Shown: positions 20,583 through 29,214 of the stretch, one piece after another
How the letters are laid out: each line of letters begins with the position of its first letter
Position numbering within the stretch: the first letter of the stretch is position 1
The notes under the pieces: generated by a model
Database searches by the model: none
Told to the model about the DNA's origin: nothing
What the model saw: the letters and a program-made list of their open reading frames with translations, nothing else
Translations under genes and position numbers: made by a program
NCBI GenBank assembly: GCA_965217865.1
Contig: CBDCJO010000002.1
Location: 5,184,001 to 5,248,000 of the forward strand
Reading direction: 5' to 3'
Source of the DNA: Candidatus Latescibacterota bacterium
GTDB lineage: Bacteria > Latescibacterota > UBA2968 > SICM01
Length of the DNA stretch: 64,000 nt

Positions 20583-21257
20583 ATGAAACCCATTATCCGT
20601 ATCACGATCGGATCGATCGCAGGGATTCTGTTGATCTTCGCCCCGGTCGGGGCCGAGGGCGAGATCGAAGTCGGTACGGAATGGACCGGGACACTCAGGG
20701 ATAAAACCACGCTTACCCGTAAAGGGCTCGATGAAGTCCTGGACGAACATAAAAAGTGGCTTTCCACGAAGGGGAATGAAGGTCGCCGGGCCGACCTTCA
20801 AGAGGCCGACCTTCGCGGAGCGAAGATGGTGGGTGTGGATCTCAGGAAGGGAGATTTAAAGAAAGCCAATCTGAGCAAGTCTGACTTGAGGGATGCCAAG
20901 ATGGGCGGGGCGGAATTGAAAGGGGCCAACCTGAAAGGTGCGAACTTGAGAGGAATCGACCTGCGCCGTGCCGATCTCAGCCAGGCCGATCTGAGCCTTT
21001 CCAACCTGGGGGGGGCCGATCTGAGCGGCGCAAATCTGAAGTTTGCCAACCTGCAGAGCACTCGAATGATCCGCGCCTATCTGATGAATGCGAACTTGAG
21101 CGATGCGGATTTGACCAACGCAGATCTGAGCTTTTCCAATCTGAATTTCGCCGACATGAGCTTTTCCAAACTCGTGGGTACTGACCTTAGCGGTGCCGAT
21201 CTCAGCCAGACCTACCTGTGGCGTGCCAAAATCTGGAATGTAAAACGATTCCGTTAA
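20583..21257 (+). CDS. Exported pentapeptide-repeat protein
   Basis: SD AAGGAG, signal peptide, HKKWL motif, ADL repeats. Confidence 0.88.
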   Translation: MKPIIRITIGSIAGILLIFAPVGAEGEIEVGTEWTGTLRDKTTLTRKGLDEVLDEHKKWLSTKGNEGRRADLQEADLRGAKMVGVDLRKGDLKKANLSKSDLRDAKMGGAELKGANLKGANLRGIDLRRADLSQADLSLSNLGGADLSGANLKFANLQSTRMIRAYLMNANLSDADLTNADLSFSNLNFADMSFSKLVGTDLSGADLSQTYLWRAKIWNVKRFR

Positions 21258-21387
21258 AGCTGGGGCCACACGTCAGAGGTCAGGGCAAGTGAAACGTGAG
21301 TCGGGGAAAGCAGTAGCAGTGGCAGTGGCAGGAAAAGCAAAGCCAGTAGCGAAGCCGAATTAGACAATATCAAGTTCAACCGGACTT

Positions 21388-21441
21388 CCCCTCTCCCGGC
21401 ATCCGGGAGAGGGGTGCCGAGCAGCGCGAGGCGGGGTGAGG
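21388..21441. repeat. REP-like palindrome CCCTCTCCC...GGGAGAGGG...GGGGTGAGGG
   Basis: Inverted repeat CCCTCTCCCGG/CCGGGAGAGGG. Confidence 0.7.
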
Positions 21442-21457
21442 GAGCAAAACGGCGTAC

Positions 21458-21630
21458 CAAAATATCATAGCGCCTTCCGGATCGAGGTGGTTACGCCAGA
21501 GCGAAGCGAAGCCCGCGATAGATAGGAGATCCTAGAGCACAATGAATACCTCCTGAACCCTTCGACAAGCTCAGGACAAACTCCGGTCCGCGTTTTTTGC
21601 GGAACTCTCGAAGGATGGGGATCGGGATGA
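21458..21630 (+). repeat. Dispersed ~150-170 bp element (second copy 39061-39208)
   Basis: Shared ATAGCGCCTTC.GGATCGAGGTGGTT, GCGAAGC, AATGAA, TTTTTGCGGAAC and TCGAAGGA.GGGGAT blocks. Confidence 0.8.
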
Positions 21631-21651
21631 TGGCTGGAGATGGAATTGTTG

Positions 21652-21680
21652 TTGACTTCGTATTGATTCCGCGATATCAT
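21652..21680 (+). promoter_or_regulatory. Sigma-70 promoter
   Basis: TTGACT-17 nt-TATCAT. Confidence 0.7.
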
Positions 21681-21739
21681 TCCTTCATTCTAAACCTTCT
21701 GCCGGTCCTTTGATGAGAGCGTGAGATTGAGAAAACGGA

Positions 21740-21771
21740 AAAAAACCGCACCGGACCGGTGCGGTTTTTTT
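21740..21771 (+). terminator. Intrinsic terminator
   Basis: AAAAAACCGCACCGG-A-CCGGTGCGG-T7. Confidence 0.85.
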
Positions 21772-21853
21772 ATGTCTGAATAAATCAGATATGATCTAGA
21801 TCTTCTGTTCGAGGTAATGGGTTTTGTTTTCCTTTCTAAGAGGTGATTACTGC

Positions 21854-22819
21854 ATGATCATCGTGTTTCTGGTCCTGTTCGGAATAACCGTCAACGGAGA
21901 GACAGGATCTCCTGAAAAACGGGGAGACTCCGTGATCGTCGAGCCTGCTGCGATTGACTCTCAGTCCGAAGTCCGGAAAAATGGTGTGAAAGAAGAAGGG
22001 GGGAAGATCATCAAAGATGTCTGGGGCAACCTGCTGAAGGGACTGGGTATCATCGTCGTGCTGCTCGCCATCCGCGCGATCCGGGGAGCGGTCAGAAGGG
22101 ATGTGTCGACAAAAGAGGGCATCGGTGTCTTCGTGACCGCGAGTTCAGCGGAGGAAGCCGGGAAAATCGAACGGGTCGTTTCAGGAGAGGGCCTTGCGTC
22201 TTCTGGAAACCTGTTTCCGCAAATTCGATCCATCTACCGCTGGAATGACAAGATCGAAGACAGGCCTGAGTCCCTTTCGATACTCTATACCACACAAGTC
22301 CATCTGGAATCCCTTATCGGGAGGATCGAGGAAATTCACAGTTATGATGTTCCCGCAATCATCGCACTCGCAAGCCCCTATTCACCGGAAAACAAACCTT
22401 TTATGGATTCTGTTATGGTTTTCATCACGTGTGGATCGGATGATGAAGCCTTGCGAATCGGTCGAACCGCGGTAGGGGAACGCCTGGCGGCAAGCGTTAA
22501 CATCGTTGGACGGATTCGATCGATCTACAGGTGGCAACGATCCGTTCAGGACCAGCCGGAAGTGCTGATGATCGCAAAGACGACCCAGGGCCGGATGGAA
22601 CAACTCACCGAGCGGGTGATTGAACTGCACACCCACGACGTCCCTGAAATTTTCGTGCTTCCGATATTCCAGGGTTCCAAACCCTATCTGGATTGGGTGC
22701 GAGAGAGCACTCACTCCGAAGGATGGTGGAAGCGAATCTGGCGAACAGCTCCTAAGGCCACAAACAAGGTGCCGGGAGCTGTGACTTCTCAAAAGATGTC
22801 AATAATGCATAGAGGGTAG
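21854..22819 (+). CDS. Membrane-anchored protein with two tandem CutA domains
   Basis: Signal peptide plus TM helix; two copies of SIYRW...E...H(S/T)(Y/H)DVP. Confidence 0.85.
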   Translation: MIIVFLVLFGITVNGETGSPEKRGDSVIVEPAAIDSQSEVRKNGVKEEGGKIIKDVWGNLLKGLGIIVVLLAIRAIRGAVRRDVSTKEGIGVFVTASSAEEAGKIERVVSGEGLASSGNLFPQIRSIYRWNDKIEDRPESLSILYTTQVHLESLIGRIEEIHSYDVPAIIALASPYSPENKPFMDSVMVFITCGSDDEALRIGRTAVGERLAASVNIVGRIRSIYRWQRSVQDQPEVLMIAKTTQGRMEQLTERVIELHTHDVPEIFVLPIFQGSKPYLDWVRESTHSEGWWKRIWRTAPKATNKVPGAVTSQKMSIMHRG

Positions 22820-22824
22820 ACAAC

Positions 22825-23484
22825 GTGATCGTGATTTACGTGGTCCTGGCCGCACTGTTATGTACAGCGGGGGCCGACGCCGACTCTGAGAATCCGGGTC
22901 CATCTGTTCTGAAGGCCGCAGAGAGCGACGGAGAGGGAACGGAAGAAGCGGTATTTCGGGGCAAGCTTTTCTCCTGGATCGCCCGCAACCTGGCCAGGGT
23001 TGTGTTTGTCGTGGCGGCATTGCTGGGGTTGGCCCAGATCCTGAACAGGTTTACCGGCGTCAGCATCGTATTGACCCATACAAAATCCGAGGAGGCTGCA
23101 GCCAGCATCGGCCGCAGCCTGGTGGGAGAGCGCCTGGCGGCCAGCGCGAACATTATCAAGGGGCTCGGATCGATCCCTTCAGTACAGGAGATCGGATTCG
23201 ATAAACCGGATTTCGTCCCGTTGGTTCTCCAGACCACACGTCTCCGGATGAAACGCCTTTCCAGGCGGGTGGAGGAACTACAAAGGGATGATGTCCCCCA
23301 GATCATCGAACACCCTATCCTGGAGGGTTCCAGGCATTTTCTTGCGTGGGTACGGGAGGAGGTCCATAACGGACCCTGGTGGCAGCTCTATTGGCGAATT
23401 TTACGATTTTTAAGAATCTCACCCAAACCATCAGAGCGACCCTTTCACGGGGTGGGACGGTCGCGGTTGGAAAGAAGAGGGTGA
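22825..23484 (+). CDS. Membrane-anchored protein with one divergent CutA domain
   Basis: Signal peptide plus TM; AASIGRSLVGERLAASANII; DVPQII..PILEGS..FLAWV. Confidence 0.75.
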   Translation: MIVIYVVLAALLCTAGADADSENPGPSVLKAAESDGEGTEEAVFRGKLFSWIARNLARVVFVVAALLGLAQILNRFTGVSIVLTHTKSEEAAASIGRSLVGERLAASANIIKGLGSIPSVQEIGFDKPDFVPLVLQTTRLRMKRLSRRVEELQRDDVPQIIEHPILEGSRHFLAWVREEVHNGPWWQLYWRILRFLRISPKPSERPFHGVGRSRLERRG

Positions 23485-23510
23485 CAAAGTGAAACGCGGG
23501 AGGTAACTTC

Positions 23511-24272
23511 ATGCCACAGAAAAGGGTCCTGATCACGGGGATGTCGGGGTTAATCGGAGGTGTGGTTCGGAAGCGCTTGGAGGGTCGATATGAGCTCAGT
23601 GCGCTGAATCGTCGAGACGTACCGGGGGTGGTCCCCTGCCATCGGGCGGATATCGCAGACCTCGACGCGATTCAACCGGCGTTCGAGGGGGTGGATGTGG
23701 TCGTCCATCTGGCCGCGTACGCGAAAACGGAGGCAACCTGGGAAGAGATCCTCAATAACAACGTCATCGGTACGTATAACGTCTTTGAATCGTCCAGACG
23801 GGCGGGGGTAAAGCGTGTCATCTACGCCAGCAGCGGTGCGACGATTTCGGGTGTGGAGAAGGAATCTCCGTACCGGGAAATAGCGGGAGGCCGCTATGAC
23901 GAGGTCCCCGAGAACTGGGGCAAGGTGACGCACGAATCGCCCACGCGACCGGTTGAGCTCTACGGATGCAGCAAGATCTGGGGTGAGGCCCTTGCCAGAC
24001 AGTTCACGGATGACTACGATCTCTCGATTATCTGTGTGCGCATCGGGGCGGTCAATCGGGAGGACCGGCCGTTGTCCCCACGCCAGTATTCCGTCTGGTG
24101 CAGTCAGCGGGATATCGCTCAGATGATCGAGAGGTGCATAGAAGCCCCCGAACAGATCCGGTTCGACATCTTCTTTGCGGTTTCGGACAACCGATGGAGC
24201 TATCGGGATACTGACCATGCCAGGGAGGTCGTCGGTTTCGTTGCACAGGATTCGGCTGATTCCTATCGGTGA
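23511..24272 (+). CDS. NAD-dependent epimerase/dehydratase (uronate dehydrogenase-like)
   Basis: ITGMSGLIG, YGCSK. Confidence 0.9.
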   Translation: MPQKRVLITGMSGLIGGVVRKRLEGRYELSALNRRDVPGVVPCHRADIADLDAIQPAFEGVDVVVHLAAYAKTEATWEEILNNNVIGTYNVFESSRRAGVKRVIYASSGATISGVEKESPYREIAGGRYDEVPENWGKVTHESPTRPVELYGCSKIWGEALARQFTDDYDLSIICVRIGAVNREDRPLSPRQYSVWCSQRDIAQMIERCIEAPEQIRFDIFFAVSDNRWSYRDTDHAREVVGFVAQDSADSYR

Positions 24273-24844
24273 GAGAAGTAGAGGCCGGAGGCCAGAAGTC
24301 AGGGATCAGGGAAAAAGAAAACCGTGAAACGTGAGATGTCAGACGTGAGACGGGAAAGCAGTAGCAGGTCGCAGGTGGCAGGAATTTCATAAGCAGGGGT
24401 CGAGGAAAATTGAAGATTGAAGGTTACATCGTCGATTAAGTGCAGATGAAATTGGAGCCGTTTCCTGGCGGCGAATACCTCGAGAGAAAGGGGTCAGATG
24501 TCCGAGCTCATGAGATGAAAATACAAAAGGCAAGTCATAGGTGATGGGAAAACCCCTTAGATTCTGTGGGACCCGACTCCAGTCGGGGAACAAGGTCATC
24601 GTCGAAAAGAAAAAGTTCCTTCAAGAGTGATCCTGGCCCTTCAAAGCCAATTCCCGGTCTGGAGACCGGTCCCACAACTTGTGGCCACATAAGGCCAGGG
24701 GTTAATGTTTTGACAATCTCTTTTGATTTACAGGAGCCACCTCCTGGGGGCGAAAGCCAGGGGATCGTGATTCGGGACTCGGAAACCCGAATCCTATCGG
24801 TTAAAATCCTTGACCCTTCCTCAGATGATTCGCATCGCTTTTTA

Positions 24845-24911
24845 ACGAATCACGAATCACGAATCACGAATCACGAATCACGAATCACGAATCACGAATC
24901 ACGAATCACGA
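24845..24911. repeat. Perfect tandem repeat (ACGAATC)x9.6
   Basis: Nine full 7-mers plus ACGA. Confidence 0.97.
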
Positions 24912-24918
24912 TAGATGT

Positions 24919-26016
24919 CTACTGCAATTTCCCCCTTCCCTCCATCTTCCACACGACCTCCACACGATCATTTCGAATTCCCACGAGCTCGTTGTGCAAG
25001 ACCATGGTGCTGTCGCTGTAGCCGGGGATGAATTCCACCTTATCGCCGATTTTCAGCTTCTGGGCGTCGCCCGTGAGATTCAGTAGACCGTGTTCAGCCG
25101 ACAGGCTTTTGACTTCCACTCCCTCGGCCCCAATCGGGGTGGGTAGCCCGTGGCCAACGCTCATGGTCTTGAAGCCGGCGTCGACCACTGCGCGGCCGGG
25201 TCTCCGACGGCTGGAGACGCTCGTGAGAACGGTCAGGGCGAATTCCAGGCCGGTCACCTGAAACTTATCTGCGTAGAGCAGATCCATAAACGTGCCTCCT
25301 CCGGCCTGGATCTCGGTGATTCCGGGAAAGGCCGAAGAGATCCGGAAGCTGCCCGTGGCCCCGGCGGTGACGATGTCCACAGGGAGGCCATCCTTGAGAA
25401 CCAGGTCGGCGGTGTCCGTGAGAAGCTTGAGGGCCTTGTGAATGGCGTCTTTTTTCTCCTCCTGATCGGGAATCCCTAACAGATGGCCCTCATAGCCCAT
25501 GACCCCTGCGAATGACAATCCCTTGGTTCGATCGATCTTCCTTGCGAGGTCGAGCGCCGGTTCGCCAGGATCTACTCCAACCCGATCCATTCCGATATCA
25601 AGCTCCGGGATGACGCGGATGGTGACGCCGGCCTCCACAGCAGCAGCGCCGAGGAGATCTGCGCCTTCCGGGCAGTCAACGACCGCGACGGGGTCGGCCT
25701 GACTGCGGAGGGCAACGAGTCGCTTCGCCTTCTGAGAGGTTCCGAGGGGGTTTGCGATCAGGATGTCGCGTACCCCGCCAGCGGCCATGACTTCGGCTTC
25801 ACCTAGCTTAGCACATGTCACGCCGATGGCCCCCGCGGCGATCTGTCGATGGACGATAGCAGGAGTCTTGTGACACTTGGAATGGGGACGCCAAGTGACC
25901 CCATTCCCTTTCATGCAGGAGGCCATTTCGGCGATATTTCGATCCATGATGTCCAGATCGACAAGGAGAGCCGGCGTGTCGATGTCCTGCTTATGTGTAC
26001 CGATAGGAGGGGGCAT
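24919..26016 (-). CDS. DSD1/D-threonine-aldolase family PLP enzyme
   Basis: TPALLVDLD, RPHSKCHK, GYEGH, DAGFK, LSAEHG. Confidence 0.92.
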   Translation of the reverse strand: MPPPIGTHKQDIDTPALLVDLDIMDRNIAEMASCMKGNGVTWRPHSKCHKTPAIVHRQIAAGAIGVTCAKLGEAEVMAAGGVRDILIANPLGTSQKAKRLVALRSQADPVAVVDCPEGADLLGAAAVEAGVTIRVIPELDIGMDRVGVDPGEPALDLARKIDRTKGLSFAGVMGYEGHLLGIPDQEEKKDAIHKALKLLTDTADLVLKDGLPVDIVTAGATGSFRISSAFPGITEIQAGGGTFMDLLYADKFQVTGLEFALTVLTSVSSRRRPGRAVVDAGFKTMSVGHGLPTPIGAEGVEVKSLSAEHGLLNLTGDAQKLKIGDKVEFIPGYSDSTMVLHNELVGIRNDRVEVVWKMEGRGKLQ

Positions 26017-26029
26017 GAAAGGCTCCAAG

Positions 26030-26136
26030 TTGAATATTGAAGATTGAATATTTAAGATTGAAAGGATCCATAAGGACTAAAGAAAGCCCTGAGTTGTTCA
26101 ATGTTCAATTTTCCGATATTCAATATTCAATGAAGT
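26030..26136 (+). repeat. ~105 bp heptamer-built palindromic element, copy 1
   Basis: (TTGAAGA)n...TTCAATTYTCCGATATTCAATATTCAATGA. Confidence 0.85.
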
Positions 26137-26364
26137 TTGGTGGGGATCGCAAAATATAGCCGAACTCAAAAGGTTGAGCAAGGGAAATGATCGCAGGACC
26201 GTCAAGCGTGATGCAGAAGGGCGAAATAGAGATTTTGAATTACGAGATGCGCTTCACGATCTTTATTTCTTGATGGGCCTATTAAGTAAAGGTATATTGG
26301 GGCCTTCGAATGAGATTTTCCGAATCGGATATCATCAGATTATTCAATTGAAAGGAGATCTCCA

Positions 26365-27294
26365 ATGGCGATCAGTAACTCTGATATCGGTGATTTGCTG
26401 AAGCGGCTTGAAGGGTTTTCAGTGGCGATTCTTACGCCGCTTCAAGAGGACGGCGATCTGGATGTCCCTGCCCTGGAACGGATAATCGACCGGGTTCTTA
26501 CGGCCGGTGCCCGGGGGGTGTTCCCCCTGGGATGGATGGGAGAGGGGCCCCTCCTGACGGATCGCCTTCAATCCCGCGTCGTGCAGGAAACCGTCCGAAT
26601 CGTCAACGGACGAGCGCTCGTGATCAGCGGGGTCACGGACCAGAGTCTTCCAAGGGTCCTGGAACGGGCGGACATGATCAAGAAAGCCGGTGCGGATATC
26701 ATCCTTTCCACCCCGCCTTACAGCTACCATATCGGTTCGGACGCGATCCATGAGTATTTCAAATCCCTGGCTGAGAAGAGCAACATGCCGGTCATCGTAT
26801 ATCACAACAACGAACTCACGGTGCGGCCCGACTTTCCCCTGATGCTTCGGCTCTCCGAGACCCCGGGGGTTATCGGGGTGAAGGCGTCTTGCGATTTCAA
26901 TCTGTTTCAGCGGTATTTTTTCAGGGCTGGCAAGCCGGGCCGCTTTGCGGTGTTCTCATCCTCGATGTACCACATCGCGGTTGTCCTGTTCCTGGGGGTA
27001 AGACACCTGATGCTGGGAACTCCGGGGAATCTGACGCCGGGTATGTGCGGGCGATTGTTTCGCCAGGCGGAAGCGGGGGAATGGGAGGCTGTCGCGAAGG
27101 ATTACAGGCGAATGGTCGCGCTCTACAACACCCTGGCCATCGAGACAAGCGGAGGGGACGTGGGCGTCAAGCTTGCGCTGAGTGAGTTGGGTTTCTGCAA
27201 ACCCTACGTGACGCCTCCGCTCAAACAACTTCCTCCTGAAGAACAGGCGGTCATGAGGAAGGCGGTGGTGGAATTTAAGGATATCGTAAATTAA
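26365..27294 (+). CDS. Dihydrodipicolinate synthase (DapA)-family aldolase
   Basis: ILTP, GWMGEG, PVIVY, GVKAS. Confidence 0.9.
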   Translation: MAISNSDIGDLLKRLEGFSVAILTPLQEDGDLDVPALERIIDRVLTAGARGVFPLGWMGEGPLLTDRLQSRVVQETVRIVNGRALVISGVTDQSLPRVLERADMIKKAGADIILSTPPYSYHIGSDAIHEYFKSLAEKSNMPVIVYHNNELTVRPDFPLMLRLSETPGVIGVKASCDFNLFQRYFFRAGKPGRFAVFSSSMYHIAVVLFLGVRHLMLGTPGNLTPGMCGRLFRQAEAGEWEAVAKDYRRMVALYNTLAIETSGGDVGVKLALSELGFCKPYVTPPLKQLPPEEQAVMRKAVVEFKDIVN

Positions 27295-27334
27295 TCTGGA
27301 TTCCCGGTCCGCCCTATGAAAGGAGTAAGCACGT

Positions 27335-28117
27335 ATGGAAATGAAGGATAAAGTTGCCATCGTAACCGGCGCGGGTCAGGGTATCGGCGAGGCCACCGCA
27401 AAATGTTTGGGGGGAGAGGGGGCGTCGATCGTGGTCGTGGATATGAATTCGTCCACGGGAAACGATACAGCCAAAGGCATCAAGGATGAAGGCGGAACGG
27501 CGAGTTTCGTGGAAGCGGACGTATCTGCCCCAGATGCTGTGAAAAAGATGGTGGATCACGCCGTTTCAACGTATGGAAGCATAGACACGCTGATCAATAT
27601 CGCGGGCATCCAGGGGATGGTGGCGGATATCGTCGACCTTCCTGAGGATGTATGGTACAGTGTCGTGAACGTCAATCTCACGAGCGTGTATCTCTGTTCG
27701 AAGTACTGCATCCCCCACATGCGGAAAATCGGCGGGGGGGCCATCGTCAATGTCGCATCGATGCAAAGCTATTTCAACATGCCGGGATCCTCTGCGTACG
27801 CGGCAGCCAAAGGGGGCATCGTATCGCTGACCAGGAGCATGGCGCTTGATTTCGCCCGTGAAAATATTCGAGTGAATGCCGTGGCTCCGGGGTACATCAA
27901 TACCCCACTGCTGCAAAGCTTCGCCGAGGAAACGGGTGATGCGGAGGCTGCGGTCGCAAAATGGAGCAGCCGTATCCCGATCGGACGCTTGCAGGAACCC
28001 GAGGAAGTTGCACAGGTGATCCTTTTCCTGGCGAGCGCCCGTGCATCGGCGGTGACCGGGGTGACTTATCCAGTAGATGGGGGCATCCTGACGGCTCAGC
28101 CAATGTGGGAACCGTAA
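27335..28117 (+). CDS. SDR oxidoreductase
   Basis: TGAGQGIG, YAAAK, IRVNAVAPG. Confidence 0.95.
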   Translation: MEMKDKVAIVTGAGQGIGEATAKCLGGEGASIVVVDMNSSTGNDTAKGIKDEGGTASFVEADVSAPDAVKKMVDHAVSTYGSIDTLINIAGIQGMVADIVDLPEDVWYSVVNVNLTSVYLCSKYCIPHMRKIGGGAIVNVASMQSYFNMPGSSAYAAAKGGIVSLTRSMALDFARENIRVNAVAPGYINTPLLQSFAEETGDAEAAVAKWSSRIPIGRLQEPEEVAQVILFLASARASAVTGVTYPVDGGILTAQPMWEP

Positions 28118-28120
28118 GGA

Positions 28121-28230
28121 AATTGAAGATTGAAGATTATTGAAGATATTGAAGATTGAAGATCGATAGAACCACAAATAGAGTCCTGGGTTTTCAAATA
28201 TTCAATTCTCCGATATTCAATATTCAATGA
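28121..28230 (+). repeat. Heptamer-built palindromic element, copy 2
   Basis: Same core as 26030. Confidence 0.85.
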
Positions 28231-28284
28231 ATAGTAACAGGTGGCAGGAAATTCTCAAGGTGATTCTTTCCAGGAGAGCTCAGC

Positions 28285-28587
28285 ATGATCGATCAGGGTC
28301 AGGATTTTCCAATCGAGGAGGTCCGCACTTTTTGCCGGAGGTATGGAGTGCGCGAACTAGCTCTTTTCGGTTCGGCCGCGAGAGACGATTCAAATGCCGG
28401 CAGTGACGTGGATCTTCTGGTTGAATTCAATCCGGAAACAGAGGTCGGCTTTATCACGCTTTCCAGAATGCAGAGGGAGCTCTCGGAGATCCTGAGTCGA
28501 CAGGTTGATCTGGTGCCGAAACAGGGCCTGAAGCCCATGGTTCGCCAGGCCGTATTGTCCAGCGCTAAGGTGGTTTATGAGGCGTGA
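28285..28587 (+). CDS. Minimal nucleotidyltransferase (MntA-type antitoxin)
   Basis: LFGSAARDD...SDVDLLVEF, VDLV. Confidence 0.92.
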   Translation: MIDQGQDFPIEEVRTFCRRYGVRELALFGSAARDDSNAGSDVDLLVEFNPETEVGFITLSRMQRELSEILSRQVDLVPKQGLKPMVRQAVLSSAKVVYEA

Positions 28588-28687
28588 GGAATTGTATTTG
28601 GCGGACATAGTGGAGGCAGCGGACGCGATCGAGCAATTCCTAAGGTCAGAGGTCGGAAGTCAGAGGCAACTGAACATTGAAGATTGA
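28577..28687 (+). pseudogene. DUF86/HepT-like toxin, truncated after 22 codons
   Basis: MRREELYLADIVEAADAIEQFL then runs into an AGGTCAG repeat tract. Confidence 0.8.
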
Positions 28688-28878
28688 AAGACCGTCAAAC
28701 AAGCAACTCGTGAGACGGCAAACGGGATCAAGGGTTAGAGGTTGGGTGGCGGCGACCGGGGAGACTCCGGAACTGCGGCGTATCGTCAGCATCATCATCC
28801 AGGATGAATACCAGTAGGCAGACCAGTCGGCGGAATTGGGCAATACGTTGAACAGAAGTCGAAAAAGAGAATGAGCGA

Positions 28879-29082
28879 GTGAAGATGGAAGAGTCGCCAG
28901 ATCCCAACGAAGAGATGTGTCCAGGCTGCTCTGGCCAAGGTACAAATACCTGCACCGAATGTGGTGGGGTGGGGACAAGGTCGGTTGGTACTCATTCAGC
29001 GGGTGAGATGTGTCACGCGTGCAACGGTACGGGACGTGTTACCTGTCCAACCTGTTTCGGGACGGGAAGACGGGCCAGTTGA
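28879..29082 (+). CDS. Small protein of four CxxCxGxG repeats (DnaJ-type zinc finger)
   Basis: CPGCSGQG, CTECGGVG, CHACNGTG, CPTCFGTG. Confidence 0.8.
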   Translation: MKMEESPDPNEEMCPGCSGQGTNTCTECGGVGTRSVGTHSAGEMCHACNGTGRVTCPTCFGTGRRAS

Positions 29083-29094
29083 TTCCGATAGATG

Positions 29095-29158
29095 TGAAAA
29101 ACACGGCGCGGCCCATCCGTTCTATTGGGGGGCGTTTGTGAGTGTGGGGGAACCGTGA
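29095..29158 (+). pseudogene. C-terminal remnant of CHAT-domain protein
   Basis: HPFYWGAFVSVG-EP-stop signature. Confidence 0.7.
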
Positions 29159-29214
29159 AGGGGAGAGGCAGTAGCAGTAGCAGTTTCAGGAAGAGTTTCC
29201 GAATGAGTGATTGA

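Noticed and set aside
24845-24911. CRISPR array
   Set aside because: Spacer-less 7-mer tandem repeat; no cas genes, and no repeat-spacer array seen in the window
24566-25021. ORF with ITNHESR repeats
   Set aside because: Artefact of the ACGAATC tandem repeat
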